From NCBI GenBank assembly GCA_050084985.1, contig JBITNC010000001.1, positions 157,914,001-157,978,000 of the forward strand: a stretch of DNA of 64,000 bases, in the 5' to 3' direction. A model generated the notes under the pieces. That model ran no database searches, was not told the DNA's origin, and saw only the letters and a program-made list of their open reading frames with translations. Each line of letters opens with the position of its first letter. Positions within the stretch are counted from its first letter, which is position 1. This document shows positions 12,848 through 25,039 of this stretch, one piece after another. This stretch comes from Nageia nagi (taxonomy: Eukaryota; Plantae; Pinophyta). Made by a program: the position numbers and the translations under genes.

Positions 12848-12926
12848 ACTTTTGTTAGTGATGACAACTTCACCTCTAAGAGGCTCTTTTTTTGTTGTTA
12901 TATAGTGTTGATTATGATATACTTCC

Positions 12927-13137
12927 GTGGTAAGTTTGCTCTATGTGAGGAACTTCTTGTACATTTTATACTTCCATGGTAAGTTTGCTCTGTGTGAGAA
13001 ACTTGTTGTACAATTTTTTGAGCATATAATTGTGGTAAGCTCACTCTGTGTGAGGAACTTCTTGTACATTTTATACCTCCATGGCAAGTTTGCTCTGCGT
13101 GAGAAACTTGTTGTACAATTTTTTGATCATGTAATTG
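12927..13137 (+). repeat. Tandem duplication, 105-bp period, made of two related subunits of about 50 bp (ABAB)
   Basis: The motif ggtaagtttgctct(a/g)tgtgag(g/a)aactt.ttgtaca occurs four times; copies start at 12927 and 13032. Confidence 0.9.
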
Positions 13138-13695
13138 ATCAATCAGTTTCATTATTCAAGTATTCATATGAAAAGATTTGGTATGTGTTTTTAGGCATTA
13201 TACAGTCATCTATATGTTATGCTCTATTAATAATCAACACATGTCTATATACAACAGGTGACTATGAGTGATGGCTTGGCATCTCCATGATGACTTATAG
13301 TGTACCATTGATCAGTTATTTATAAGATGGCATTATTTGATTCTCCTATTTAATAAAATGAATATATAATGCATCTAACTGATTTTGTTCATGAGTTGCT
13401 TGTAGCATGCAGGATCTTCTTCAGAAATGCAGGTTACTCACCTTGTGTAAGCAAGCTCATTGAGACTCACATGTCAGCTTAAAGTTGATCGACTACTATG
13501 TACAGTGAAACCCGTTATGGTTAATGATTGTATTGTAAACCATTTTGTCAAATGGTAATGTAGTGAGTCTCAAACTAGTTCTCAAAAAGATTCTCAAATA
13601 TGTAAATGTTCTCATCTCCGCTTGTATCTCTATGGAGGAGAACTCTCTCTTACTCTCTCTCTTCTCTCTTCTACGCTCTATCCCAATATTGCATT

Positions 13696-13704
13696 AAGGG
13701 GGAG
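13696..13704 (+). promoter_or_regulatory. Polypurine tract
   Basis: aagggggag directly before the 3' LTR. Confidence 0.9.
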
Positions 13705-14194
13705 TGTTAGAATTTGTAATGAAATATTGTGAATATCTAAACTCCTTGTAAATTCAATTAATCACTTAAAGGATATTTAGATACCTTAAGGGATTAATTG
13801 AATTCTTTATTATGTAAACTTTGACCTTACCAAGTGGTTAGTTGGTAGGTTAAAGTTAGGTAATGTATTTATTGTAACCCTAACCTTACCCTTGGGTTAA
13901 AGGGAGGTTAGGGAGGTGCTCTCATGCTATAAATAGAGGGCCTCTTCTCTTGTAATATAACTTAGATTTTGAGTAAGATTACTCTACTAGTTTGTGTAGG
14001 AGAGAAAGGAATTGTAGTAAGAGGGTGCATAGTTTGAGAATTGAGATCTAGTTGTGGATGTACTCCCAAGGAGGGAGGAACCACATTATATTGGTGTTAT
14101 CTTGTGTGAATGGTGTTGTTAGCTTGTATATGTTGAATGATTAAGTTTTCTATAGTCTTGGACCTTGAGGATTAGTGTAGATATAATTCCATCA
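13705..14194 (+). repeat. 3' LTR of Copia element
   Basis: Direct repeat of 5571-6060. Confidence 0.97.
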
Positions 14195-17100
14195 CCTATG
14201 AATGCATTGGAGCATCTTCTAATGAATCATTCTACTTAATTTATAGGAACATCATTATATAAGATGTTGAATCTTCTTCATCTTATTTTTTCAAAAATAT
14301 CCTCATGAATTTCATCTAATTGCATTCCCTATATTTACATTTCAACTAATAAATGATACAATTTAATGTATTAATATCTAATAGAGTGACTATCAAATAA
14401 ACTTTACCTTATTATCATATATTATGCAATCTTATTAAACACTCCATTGAATTTATGACTCCTTAAGGTTGTCTTTGGTAAAAGGTATTTGAGAAATCCT
14501 TAGTACTTGTATATATATTATTTGGTCAAGCAAGGAAATCATAATCTTCAAATGTATCTATATCAATATCAAATGTGACTCAAAAGAATAGTCATCCGAT
14601 GGTGTCTCTCTTTAATTTTATAATAATATTTTGATATAGTTCATCTTATCTTCCTATATCATAAGTCCTATTTTTCTAAGATGTTTCATGTTATCTTTGA
14701 AGAATTTTCGTTTCTCATGATTTTTATTGATTATTATTATGGTCATATGTGTTCCTACAATACTCATCCTTATTCTTATGGTACTCCTTCTTTTGTTGCC
14801 ATGTGAAATATAATGCCTAGTCTACCCTTATCTCTATATTGCTTACTTTATCACCCAACGTTGCTTTTACTATGTACAAAATCAATTTTATTATATATTC
14901 ATTACCTTCTTCATTTGAATCTTGACCATCTTCCATAAAATCTCAACATGAGTTACGTCAAAGTTTACATTGTTTGATCTTCTCATATTGAGGTGATCAA
15001 GAGTGTGTAAATTTTCATCATGTGGATTGATTCTCCATATTTTGATTTATTAGTACATATTATTTTTATTCACTTTTTTGAGGTTTTTTAGTTATTTATA
15101 ATAATTTTTTTGGGTAGTATTATGTTATTGACATTGATTTCTTACTTATTACCTTTAGATACAAATCATACACCCTTCTTACTGGACATCTATAATTTTG
15201 GCCATTTTATCCTTTTTTTCCTATTCCACACTCTTCAGATTAGAAGGGTGTCATTTTTTTATTTGGGATTCTTTATCTTACCTTAGACTTACCTAAGGGT
15301 TATCAAAGATCTATGTTGTTTTGAATTTTTTTAAATATAAATTTTTAATTTTTTCTATCCTTTTTCATATCCTTCTTTTAGCACTTTATTTTCTTATCTT
15401 TTTTTTTTTCACATTCCCCCTTGAAATATTTGTGTAAGTGTATGATACTAATCTATTAAATTATAAGAGAGACTAAGAAAACAAATTGGGCCAAAGTTAC
15501 CCAATACTAAAGATGAATATTTATAGAAATTTCATTGCTTGTAGGCCCTTATTTTGACTATATTCTTTAAAATTAATTGTCCTTATGTAGCTAAGTATTT
15601 TACTGTTTTGCAACTTATAATATAATAACTCACACATAAAAGAATCTAATAATTTATAATTATACTAATTTTCAATTTGCAATGAAAAATCAATAGAAGA
15701 ATTGCAATGTACTCTAGATAGGAGTAGTAACTTTAGAATAAAATACTTGATAAAAAAATTATTAATGCAAGCTTCAAGAGGAAAATTTCTGCAATAACTA
15801 CTTCAAAAGGGAAAAGTCTTCAAACATTCATCAATATAAGATAAATAAAAAAATAATTTCTTCAATTATGATTAATAGATTATATTTTCATCTATTTATA
15901 AATTTTATATTAATAATACAAATCCCTGAGCTCTAGGATCCATCTTATTATTATCAATTCTATTCCAAAGTTCAAGCCAATCAAATATAAGATAACTATG
16001 TGGATACATAAGGATTATTACAAAAAATTTAATACAATTTTAGTTTCAAAAATTTGTAGAATGAAAATGATCTTACCATAATATAAAAGTAATTAGAAAT
16101 CTACCATCCCTTATAGTGGCATAGGAAGATCTCCTTGGTATAAGAAGTCTCCAAATATTTATTTTCTTTGATGTTTTAAATATGAAGATAAATAAATACT
16201 TATTTCTTTTGACACATATTCTTGGAAAAACAAAAATGATAAAATATTAATGTCAACAATATAATTACAAAATGAAAATATTTAAATATAATTATACTAA
16301 ATGTATGAATATGATAAAATTTTAATAACAAAATTATCCAAATAAACCTTAATATAATAAATTGTATATAATGTTATATCAATTAAATATATTAAACCAA
16401 ATCTCACATTCATTTTCAATTCATTATACATTTATTACTATTATTAAATTCTTCCAAACTGAGTTAATTTTTTTATACAGTAAGAAAACATGCTAAATCT
16501 CTAACTTTATGAGCAAAGATAAACCCACATATTAAGTTTCTATTAATTAAAATGTATTTTATATATATACATATATAACTTGATTAATATTATCTTTGGT
16601 TTTTTATTTTAAATTATTTTTAATATTTTAAAATATAAATATTATATTTTAATTACATGATAATTATTGAGGTAAGTAATTTTGTTTTCTTAAATATCTT
16701 CGAACAAAAGAATCTTTAGAAAGGTATCAGCATTAAGAAAACATAAATACCAAAATCATTAATCGTTTACAAGACATCAACAAAAATATAAGACTTGTAA
16801 AGTATGATACATCTATTTATTTGTTTGATATCAAATACATTAACAAAAAACAGGTTTATTTGTTTGACATCGACTCTTTTATAGAATATCATTACTTTAT
16901 CTTAAAAATAATGCAAGTAAGGATAGCATATGACTTTTATGATTCATAGACGATTTGACTTGCTTTATGATGAGCGGTGAAAAAGAGTGGGGTCTTCCTT
17001 CCTCACCAACAAAACATGACTTTTTTTACATGAAATGTGAAAACAAAGACTGAATTTGTCGTATCATGTGAAAAATGCAGGGAAAAAAGATAAAGGTGGT

Positions 17101-17937
17101 TGTCAAACAAGATGCTTATTGCTTTGTTTCCTTTCTACTTCCTTGGCAGAGATGCTTTGTTTGGGCTTCCGGTTATGTTCAATGCATCTTCTTTATATCA
17201 ATATTTTATATATTATTCCTCTATCTAGGTGTATTATGTGAACATTGACAAGTCCACATACATGAAAAGGAAAGTTGATGAGTGTTAAAAGTAGTATGGA
17301 AGGGGTGTGAAAAAGGTTTATTATGTTTTTGTATGGGAAATATTGTAGTGATTTGTGTGTGCTAATAATAATTATTTTATTTTTTATTGTATTGTGTAAT
17401 TTTATGTTTTGAAAATATGTAAAATAATAATTTGAATTTTATAGTTTTTAGATGAAAGATTTATTTCTTTAAATATAATTTTTTAATAGTAGATAAATCT
17501 TATTAATATAAGAAAGTTTTGGTAGAGAGTTAATATCATACAATAGATTGATATATTAAAGATATTACAATTAAAGAGAAGTTTAGAAGTGTTATATGAG
17601 AAATTAAAGAATAAATATGAAGTTAAAGTGTTAACTCATAAATTATGAAGAGTTTATCTTCCTTAAATATGATTTAGAAGGATTTTGTTGTAAACATACA
17701 CCTTGGGTCAACTTGAAGGAGTTCTTTATCAATAGACTAAAGAGATATATATTTTATTTTAAAATTTAAATTAAGTATAAAAAGAAAGTTGTAGCAATTA
17801 CAAATTTTTAAAGTAGAGGGGCATGAGGATAAGCATCGGGTCTAACAAATAAAATGATATGATCATATTCATAATCATAGTTATGATTGAAAAATGACAA
17901 TCAAAGGATCATGTAAGGCAAATATATATAACTCAAA

Positions 17938-18140
17938 GGGGTTGATATGTCAATGAAGAACATGGAATTCGATCTTATCAATCTTGGGTTTAATTCACAC
18001 TAACCTCAATTTACCTGAAGTACTAAACTATTAGACAGTGCAATTCTCCTATAGTGGATTAGTAGTAGCTACCTAAATGTAGGGTTGTAAGACTTTGTTA
18101 GTTGTTGGGGTGGATTAATACCACTACATTATAAAAAAAT
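17938..18140 (+). mobile_element. Degenerate tRNA-derived SINE
   Basis: tRNA-like head with B-box-like gggtttaattc, total length about 200 bp, A-rich tail ataaaaaaat. Confidence 0.45.
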
Positions 18141-18279
18141 AAGTTTAAGGTAAATATATATGAATTCATAAATAATATTGAACATGAGATAAAACAAAAT
18201 AGGATATAAAAAATAATAATGATACTAATTTATGTGTCTACTTTACACCCTTCTAAAAATTGTTGCACATACATCTTCA

Positions 18280-19790
18280 ATAAATGGTGATAATGATGGG
18301 AGGCGAATGATTCAATTACAGATGGTCAAGGGGAGGTGCTTGCTGGACATTATGTTGGATGGATTTGGGGGTCTCAATGGCCAGCTTGGTGCTATTAGTC
18401 ATCTTTGGTGGATGGTTGTTGTGTGTCCCTTTGGAAAAGGATCATGTGTAGGGGTTTCGTACCCAAAAATATATTTTGGGATTTTAGACTTTGGAAATCC
18501 CTAGACGAGGAGGTGTACAGGTGCGCATTCCTTGTGGTAGCAGTAAGAAAGCTCTTTGAAGGTCTCTCAGATGCCTCATGGAGGCTCTATGGTAGAGATG
18601 ATGGCCCTTTAATGGCATTATCAATGGCACTATGGTGGATTATTTTGGGTGAGTCTCAGATGGTTGCTGGGTTTTTTTCTAGCAAGGTCTTTGGAATTTT
18701 TTTGCAAAAGGGTTGTCTAGGTGAGAGCATCCCAATTGTGGGGTTTTATCTCATTTTGAAACTTTCAAAATAATTAAAGACTTGGATTACTAAGAGTGAT
18801 GGGGTGTGCCTCCTCTGGTGAGATCTAGGAAGGTTGTTTAACATTGGGTAGTTGTGTGACTCGATCTTTGGTCGATGTATCATTATTTTTTTCCACTAGA
18901 GGATTATTACGATTGAGGAAGGGAATGTACAAGATGTTTCTTCCATTATTGATGATCGATGTTGAACCCACTAGTGGAACTTAATTTGAATGATGTATGG
19001 GCATGGTTTAACAAGCTATTGATCTGATTGAGCAATGTATGGGCATTATTTAGGGTTTTTTTACTACAATTGAGCAAGGTATGGGTGTTTCTTGGTGATC
19101 TTTCCTTGTGACTAGGCTTCGTATGTGAGATGCTCAGAGTATTCTCATGGAGACTGAGCAATGTATGGGCATTGGTTGAATCTCATCGTGTTTATGTAAT
19201 GTATAGGAATTATGTGGAATAGAGGCAAAGGTCTTAAGGATGAGTGCATAATAATAGCTCGATGCCATGATACGTTGTGAAGATCTTGACGACCAAGAGA
19301 AACTAAGGCTTGTCAACTTCAGGTAGTGCAAGATTTGGTGTGTGAAACTCTAAGCAAGGGAAACTAATGTAGAGTTTGGGGTTGGAAACCCTAAGCTAGG
19401 GAAACCATCTACCAACAAAATTTGGGATGATGGGTTGAGTTTTTCCCCCATCCTTTTGGTCCTTTGATATCTTCATTATTTGGTTATTTTAGTGGTTTTA
19501 CCCTTTGTTTTGTGGTCTCCCCTAGTATAGTTGTGTAATCCTTTTGTTGGATTATGTTCCAATCTTGAGCTTTTATTTTAGATCATATTTACTTCTTTTG
19601 GTTTTGTTCTAGTTTTAAATTTTTTGGCAACAAGTATCTTGTACCAAATTTATTTCTAGGCTTTTAGAATTGGCCACCTATCAACTTAAGTCTCTTAAAG
19701 GAGCTCATTTATAATATTTTCTTAGGTTTTAGCTATGTAAAAGGTTGAGATTCCTTTCAAAAATCCATTCTCCAATCTAATAAAAAACAA
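18280..19790 (+). mobile_element. 5'-truncated LINE 3' region
   Basis: G/T-rich body ending tgtaaaaggttgagattcctttcaaaaatccattctccaatctaataaaaaac, similar to the 3' tail of the LINE at 27876-27935 (minus). Contains a short repeated motif gagcaatgtatgggc. Confidence 0.5.
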
Positions 19791-20193
19791 TATATAAAAT
19801 ACATGTTAAATAAATTTATCCAAATGTTAAATATGTGATACCCTCTATAATAAGAAGAGAAAATAAATTCTCTTACAAATCTAAAAAATCTTATTTCTCT
19901 TATAAATTTATTTTAAGAAAGGAAGGGAATAAATCAATTTTTACAAAACACTATGAACTCTATTTTTTTTTTAACTCATTAATCAACCATTATCCTTAGT
20001 ACTATTCTTTTTTGTATGTGTCAAATAGTTTTTAGTATATTTTTTAAATATTCAATATTTTTATTTTTATATGTATTACATCAAATTGAAAGTCATTATG
20101 TTTCATAATATTTAAATAAAAAAGATAAATAAAAAAGTGAAAACCATGGTACTGAGAAGGGGAATTATGGTGGGTCAATACATTTTCTTGTTA

Positions 20194-20698
20194 AGGTTAC
20201 ATAATTATCTAGCTAAGAGACTAATAGCCCCTTGACATGTTTGATAATTCTGACATGTTTTGATAGGTCAAAAATGTTTTCCTGATGCGCCCATTTTTTT
20301 GAACATGTTAAACATATTCATGAAGTTAATATGCAAAAAGAATTTTGCCAATCTATCAAGTATAAGTTAGATAAAAAAATTGAAAGGCATGTTGCTAAAT
20401 GGAATGATGGTATAGAAGGACATTAAACTTTGAATCGAGTGACTTGGGTTTGAATCTTTGAAACATCATTTTAGAAAACTTTGTGAATCTCTATTTTTGG
20501 GACTTGTTTTTTTTTCGATTTTTTTTTTTACATATTTGTAAAGCAAATTTGTTTATGCATATTCGCAAAGTTAATATATAAAATAGTTTTGCAAATCTTC
20601 TCACCAGGAAAAAAATGGCCAACGATATAATGCACGAGTGTGTCAGGAGTTGTTTGGTCATTAGGGGAGGTGATTAGTCCCTTAGATAGACAAATCCT
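20194..20698. mobile_element. MITE-like element A with central tRNA-Gln-like cassette
   Basis: Imperfect TIRs: ttatctagctaagagactaatagcccc versus reverse complement ttgtctatctaagggactaatcacctcc. Flanks are tta and tga. Internal direct repeats at about 20312 and 20558. Confidence 0.6.
20400..20468 (+). pseudogene. tRNA-Gln(TTG)-derived sequence
   Basis: gatggtatag..aggacattaaactttgaatcgagtgacttgggtttgaatc resembles plant tRNA-Gln; no intact acceptor stem. Confidence 0.6.
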
Positions 20699-21099
20699 TG
20701 AGGTTGCCCCATTTTTTCAAACATTAAATCAAGTTTATATATATATAAATTTTAAGACACCGAGATGCAAACATCAAGAGTTTTAAGTTTAAAAATGTCT
20801 AGTGTAATTTTTTATATTGATGTATTGTTAAAGTTATTTATTTTATTATTTTATAGATGAATATGATTTATTTTATCATTATCTATGGTGAATCTTACAT
20901 TTATTTTCAAAAAATATTTTTCATGAATGTATATTTTAGTTCTTAGATTTTATTTTGATGAGAAATCATTCTTTGCAGGGAATATCCTTAGGTTAATTTA
21001 TCATGATAAAAAAGGATATATTTCCAAAAATTTACCTAGGGTTCGCATTTGGCCTCATCCACACCAACCATCATATAATAGGATTTATTATTATGTTCA

Positions 21100-21182
21100 C
21101 TTGTTAGAGGGGATGGGACTTAAACTTGAGTCCCTCACATTTTAGTGAATAATTTTAGCTATCCTTTATCCACTAGCTCCTT
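21100..21182 (-). mobile_element. Possible tRNA-derived SINE head
   Basis: Minus strand ggagctagtggata...gagggactcaagtttaagtccc, with a B-box-like motif. Confidence 0.3.
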
Positions 21183-21467
21183 TAACATGTTCACATTATT
21201 TTTTTTTAGATTTATCTTTTATTTAAGTTAAAAAAAATAAACATAATTTTTTTTGGTAAAATATAAAATTGATCAAAATATTCTTATAAGATAATGGGTT
21301 GATGAAAGATGTCGATTTGTTTATGAATAAAGATAGTATAGTCTATCAACTTTAGAATATAGATCAAAATGTTAATCAAAATGAATAATCAAATTAGTTA
21401 AATTAGAATAGCTTAGATTCATAATTAGCAGTGTAGATACTTAAATTTGATTTTTCATGTTTAATTA

Positions 21468-21792
21468 AGGCAAAGATTATCTAGGGTTTAAAGTAGCACT
21501 ATTTTGGTCATAAAGCTCATCAATGTTTTGATGGAAATAGTCATACAAAATATTTATGGGGCTTTCCATCAAAATGAAACACATAATAAAATTAAAATAT
21601 GGAATGCATTGTTGATGAATGAATCGATGGTATAATGGTTAAGACATTGGAATTTGAATCCAATGACTTGAGTCCAAATCTTGGTGGACATGTTTAACAA
21701 AAATAATTGACACTTAGAATTTTTTGAGATAAAATATTGATGGGTTTTCCCACCAAAATAGTGCTACTTTGGGCCCTAGATAGCCTTGGCCT
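21468..21792. mobile_element. PIF/Harbinger (Tourist-like) MITE B with central tRNA-Gln-like cassette
   Basis: Ungapped TIRs of about 61 bp, about 80% identical (aggcaaagattatctagggtttaaagtagcactattttggt...). TTA on both sides (21465-21467 and 21793-21795). Confidence 0.85.
21620..21692 (+). pseudogene. tRNA-Gln(TTG)-derived sequence
   Basis: gatggtataatggttaagacattggaatttgaatccaatgacttgagtccaaatcttggtgga aligns without gaps to recalled plant tRNA-Gln; stems are degraded. Confidence 0.75.
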
Positions 21793-23129
21793 TTACTTAA
21801 ATACTAAATTTAGATATCTAAAATTTTATTATTTAAAGGTAATAGTAATAAAGTATTTTTTTATACAATATGGTAACTTAATCCAATTTTAAATCTTGCT
21901 TGAAGTATAAGTAGAATGCTTAATGCCATTTCAAAACATCAACCTTCTTGATGAGAAAAACATTTGAATAGTTATATCTCTTAATGGATAAGCCTTACAA
22001 GCTCTCCACAAGCATAAATAAAAATATAATTTCTTGAAGAAGATATTTTTACAATCTTATACTAAGTTGAAAGTTATGTTGTTAAATGGAGAGTTTCAAG
22101 TTAAATCAGATAAAGAGCCGAAGTCCTAAGATCATCAAATAACCTTTAGAACTTTCGACATCCATAAAATGTTTAAATGATAGGACCACAATCAATCATA
22201 TCATTAGCTTCCAAGGCTACCATCAATCCTATTTTTGGGGATTTTTTATTCGTAAAAAGTTACAATAACTTTCAACTTTAGTTTATAGGTTCAGTATGAT
22301 ATTAGTTTGTTCATTTTATGCACTAAATGCATATTTTGAGCAATTTATTTCTTTATTTATTACAATCTTTATCCATTAACCTACACTGGGAGCTTAATCA
22401 TCATCAAGTTTAGTCCTAACCCCATGAAATATCAACAATAAATGTGAAAATCCCTTAAAAAATCGTAATTTGTAGGAGTAACTTGGTAGAGGTTTAAAAT
22501 ATTCCCTGAGGGGTTAGATTCATCCAAATTAGGTAAACAAGAATTTTTTTTTTTATGTTTCATGTTGATGTATGTCAGATCTAGGACTAGTGTTCCTCTT
22601 ATTTAAATTTATCACAAATTTGTTTGTGTGCCCTAGTTTTGAAACTTAACCATTATATCGTTTGATATCACTATATCAATTTTTATTCATAAGAAAAATA
22701 ATATTTATTAATTATAATATTATAATATTTTTCATTTTATTTATATATTTTGTAAACCAATTATTTGCATTAGATCTAGATCTCATCTAGGTTAAACTTT
22801 AATAAAAACTTTATATAAAATAAAACACAAAAATAAAATATATATTATAAAATCTAAAGATGGCCAAAAATATTCTTGCATAAGAATAACTTGGATGAAG
22901 ATCTCAACTTGTTCCTTAGTTAAAATAATTTAGTATAAGAAGAGAAAAAGGTAGTCAAACTCAAAATGGGCAATCAAGTTAGAAAAACTTAAATTCAAAA
23001 ATAGGGGAACTAAGAAAAAAAATTGGAAAGTATGGAATCATTAAAGACAAAGAAATATGAGGCTAAATATGATTTTTATGGTTCAATACAAAGTTCTCTT
23101 TCATTTGAAATTCTAAAAGCTTCAATACC

Positions 23130-23620
23130 AATAAACTAAAAAAATCTAAAATTTGGTTTATTCAACAGGGAGGGTGATCCAAAACAAAATCTATTGACCT
23201 TTCAAAAAGAACATAGCATCAAAGTTGGATATGATAGTAAATTGATAGCTAGGTTATTCCTTAGGAGTTTCAAGGATAAAACATCAAAATGGTTTTTACA
23301 ACATTATCAATATAATACCAAGAAATCTAACCTAGAAAATTTATGTGTAATTCAAAAAGAGCCTAATGAAAAATTGGATAAGTTCATCCTTTGATATATA
23401 GAAGTATGGAAAGGAATCATTACTAAGTTAGTAGAAGAATATCAATAAGATTTTCATAAATGATTTGCTTAAACCTCTTATAACATGTGCAAGTGAATTT
23501 ATAAGTTCTTCATTTGGTACATTAACTAAGTATTTGGTTGCAAGGGAAAAATACTTCATTGAGGGTAGGGTAGAAAAATATGAAGATACAACTTCAAGTA
23601 ATAATAACAAGGAATTATAT
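23130..23620 (+). mobile_element. Gypsy gag remnant (Retrotrans_gag-like)
   Basis: FNREGDPKQNL...LIARLFLRSFKDKTSKWF...QKEPNEKLDKFI. Confidence 0.6.
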
Positions 23621-24307
23621 CCAATTAACAAAGAGGAAATTAATGCAAATGTAGAGGAAAATAAAAAAGAACAAACTTTAACATGATCATAAACTTTTTT
23701 TTTTTTTTAATTGGGTAAAATTTGGATTTTTTTTGAATAGGAAGAATCCACAACAAAAATGAAAGATAACATCTTTTAAACATATTTACAATACATCCTT
23801 ATAGTATATTCATCTAGTATATTTTGGTTCTTGAAATCTACCTTTCTTATTATAGAATTTATAGCTTAATGAAAAATACAATATTATAAAATCTGCTTTA
23901 ATTTGATTAATTATATTTATAAACTATATAGCATTTTAATTCTTTCCCTTCCTCTGGTTATTTCATTCTTTTGGTTCCTAGTATTCTTCGTTGGTATGAA
24001 TTCTTCATTGTTATCTCTTTTTGTTACAAATTTTTGTAACACCTTTGACTAAATTGCAATATGGTTCCTATCATATTTCAAATTTTCTTTTATTTCTTTC
24101 TTTGTTACTCCCTTATTTGAGAAGTTGGAGTCATCCTTTTCCTCTACCTTTGAAAGTGATTTGATCCTCTTACTGTAAGTTTGTATTATGCTATGATACT
24201 TTCTCTTTTTTATCCTATTATTATTCTTTATTTACCTCCCTTTTGTTCTCTTCACTAAATTTTAAATTTGATTAATCATCCTTATGTAGTAGTTCTTGGA
24301 GTTTCTT

Positions 24308-24953
24308 TGTGATGAACCTAAATTGGGCTCACTAGGATTTTGCACAAATCATAACTTCTCAAAGATAAAAATAATAGGTAGAAATCAACAAATGTGCCCT
24401 AGGAGAGGGGCATCTTACACCAATTCCAAATCTCACTCAACAATACCCAAAATGTGCCAACGAACCATGCAAGTTCAAGATCTCAATGAATCTCACCAAG
24501 GAAACTCCAAGAACAAGTGCTAAAGCCAGAATACAAGCTAGAAATCCAACATATCAGTCTCAATGAAAATTAAGTATCAAATAACCTCCACATATAGCAA
24601 TATTAAAAAAATCTATGTAAATAATACAACAATGTACTCTATATCTAACATCCAATCAAGATGAGAAAAATGAAATGAATATGGAAGAATAAAGGCCAAT
24701 GTAATTGTATTCAAAATATAAATGTAGTAAACATCAATTACAATGGTGATACATGAAGATTTATGCTCCAAGTCTTAGATCCGTAGTATGGCAAGGCTTG
24801 CACTAGGGATCTCATAGATCCACTAGTAGTGTTCTACTAATCTAAGGGTAATTCCAATGCCCCTCAAATAGCTTGCTAACAACTTGGGTTACGCCAACCC
24901 CCAAGTGTGTGCTTATGTAAGTCCTATATTTCATCTTGCTTTAGGTACATCAC
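24308..24953. mobile_element. Probable solo LTR
   Basis: Inverted termini tgtgatgaacctaaa and tttaggtacatcac; composition differs from the flanks; no clean TSD. Confidence 0.5.
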
Positions 24954-25039
24954 TTCAAAGAATGGAATCCAAGAAGAGCAACATCCAAAATGAAAGTAAG
25001 AAAGCATAGTAATAATCAGATACATTTTTCTTCCAAGAT

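Larger units (their letters stand above)
5571..14194 (+). mobile_element. Full-length Ty1/Copia LTR retrotransposon, recent but with disrupted coding region
   Basis: Two 490-bp TG...CA LTRs with about 8 differences by eye. 5-bp TSD CCTAT (5566-5570 and 14195-14199). PBS and PPT present. Domain order gag-PR-GAG_pre-integrase-INT-RT-RH. Confidence 0.98.

Noticed and set aside
12927-13137. CRISPR-like repeat-spacer array, or real proteins from ORFs 12898-13152 and 12927-13271
   Set aside because: The spacers are themselves duplicated (ABAB) and the context is a eukaryotic TE; the ORFs are by-products of the repeat.
13380-13575. H/ACA snoRNA on the minus strand (two hairpins, then ACA)
   Set aside because: There is no hinge or ANANNA H box between the hairpins.
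15150-15210. RCPVRRVYDLYL resembling a Crypton or RTE motif on the minus strand
   Set aside because: Isolated short match with no supporting domains; it lies in a probable Gypsy leader.
21620-21692. Functional tRNA-Gln gene
   Set aside because: The acceptor stem, anticodon loop and T-loop are disrupted, and it is embedded in a MITE.
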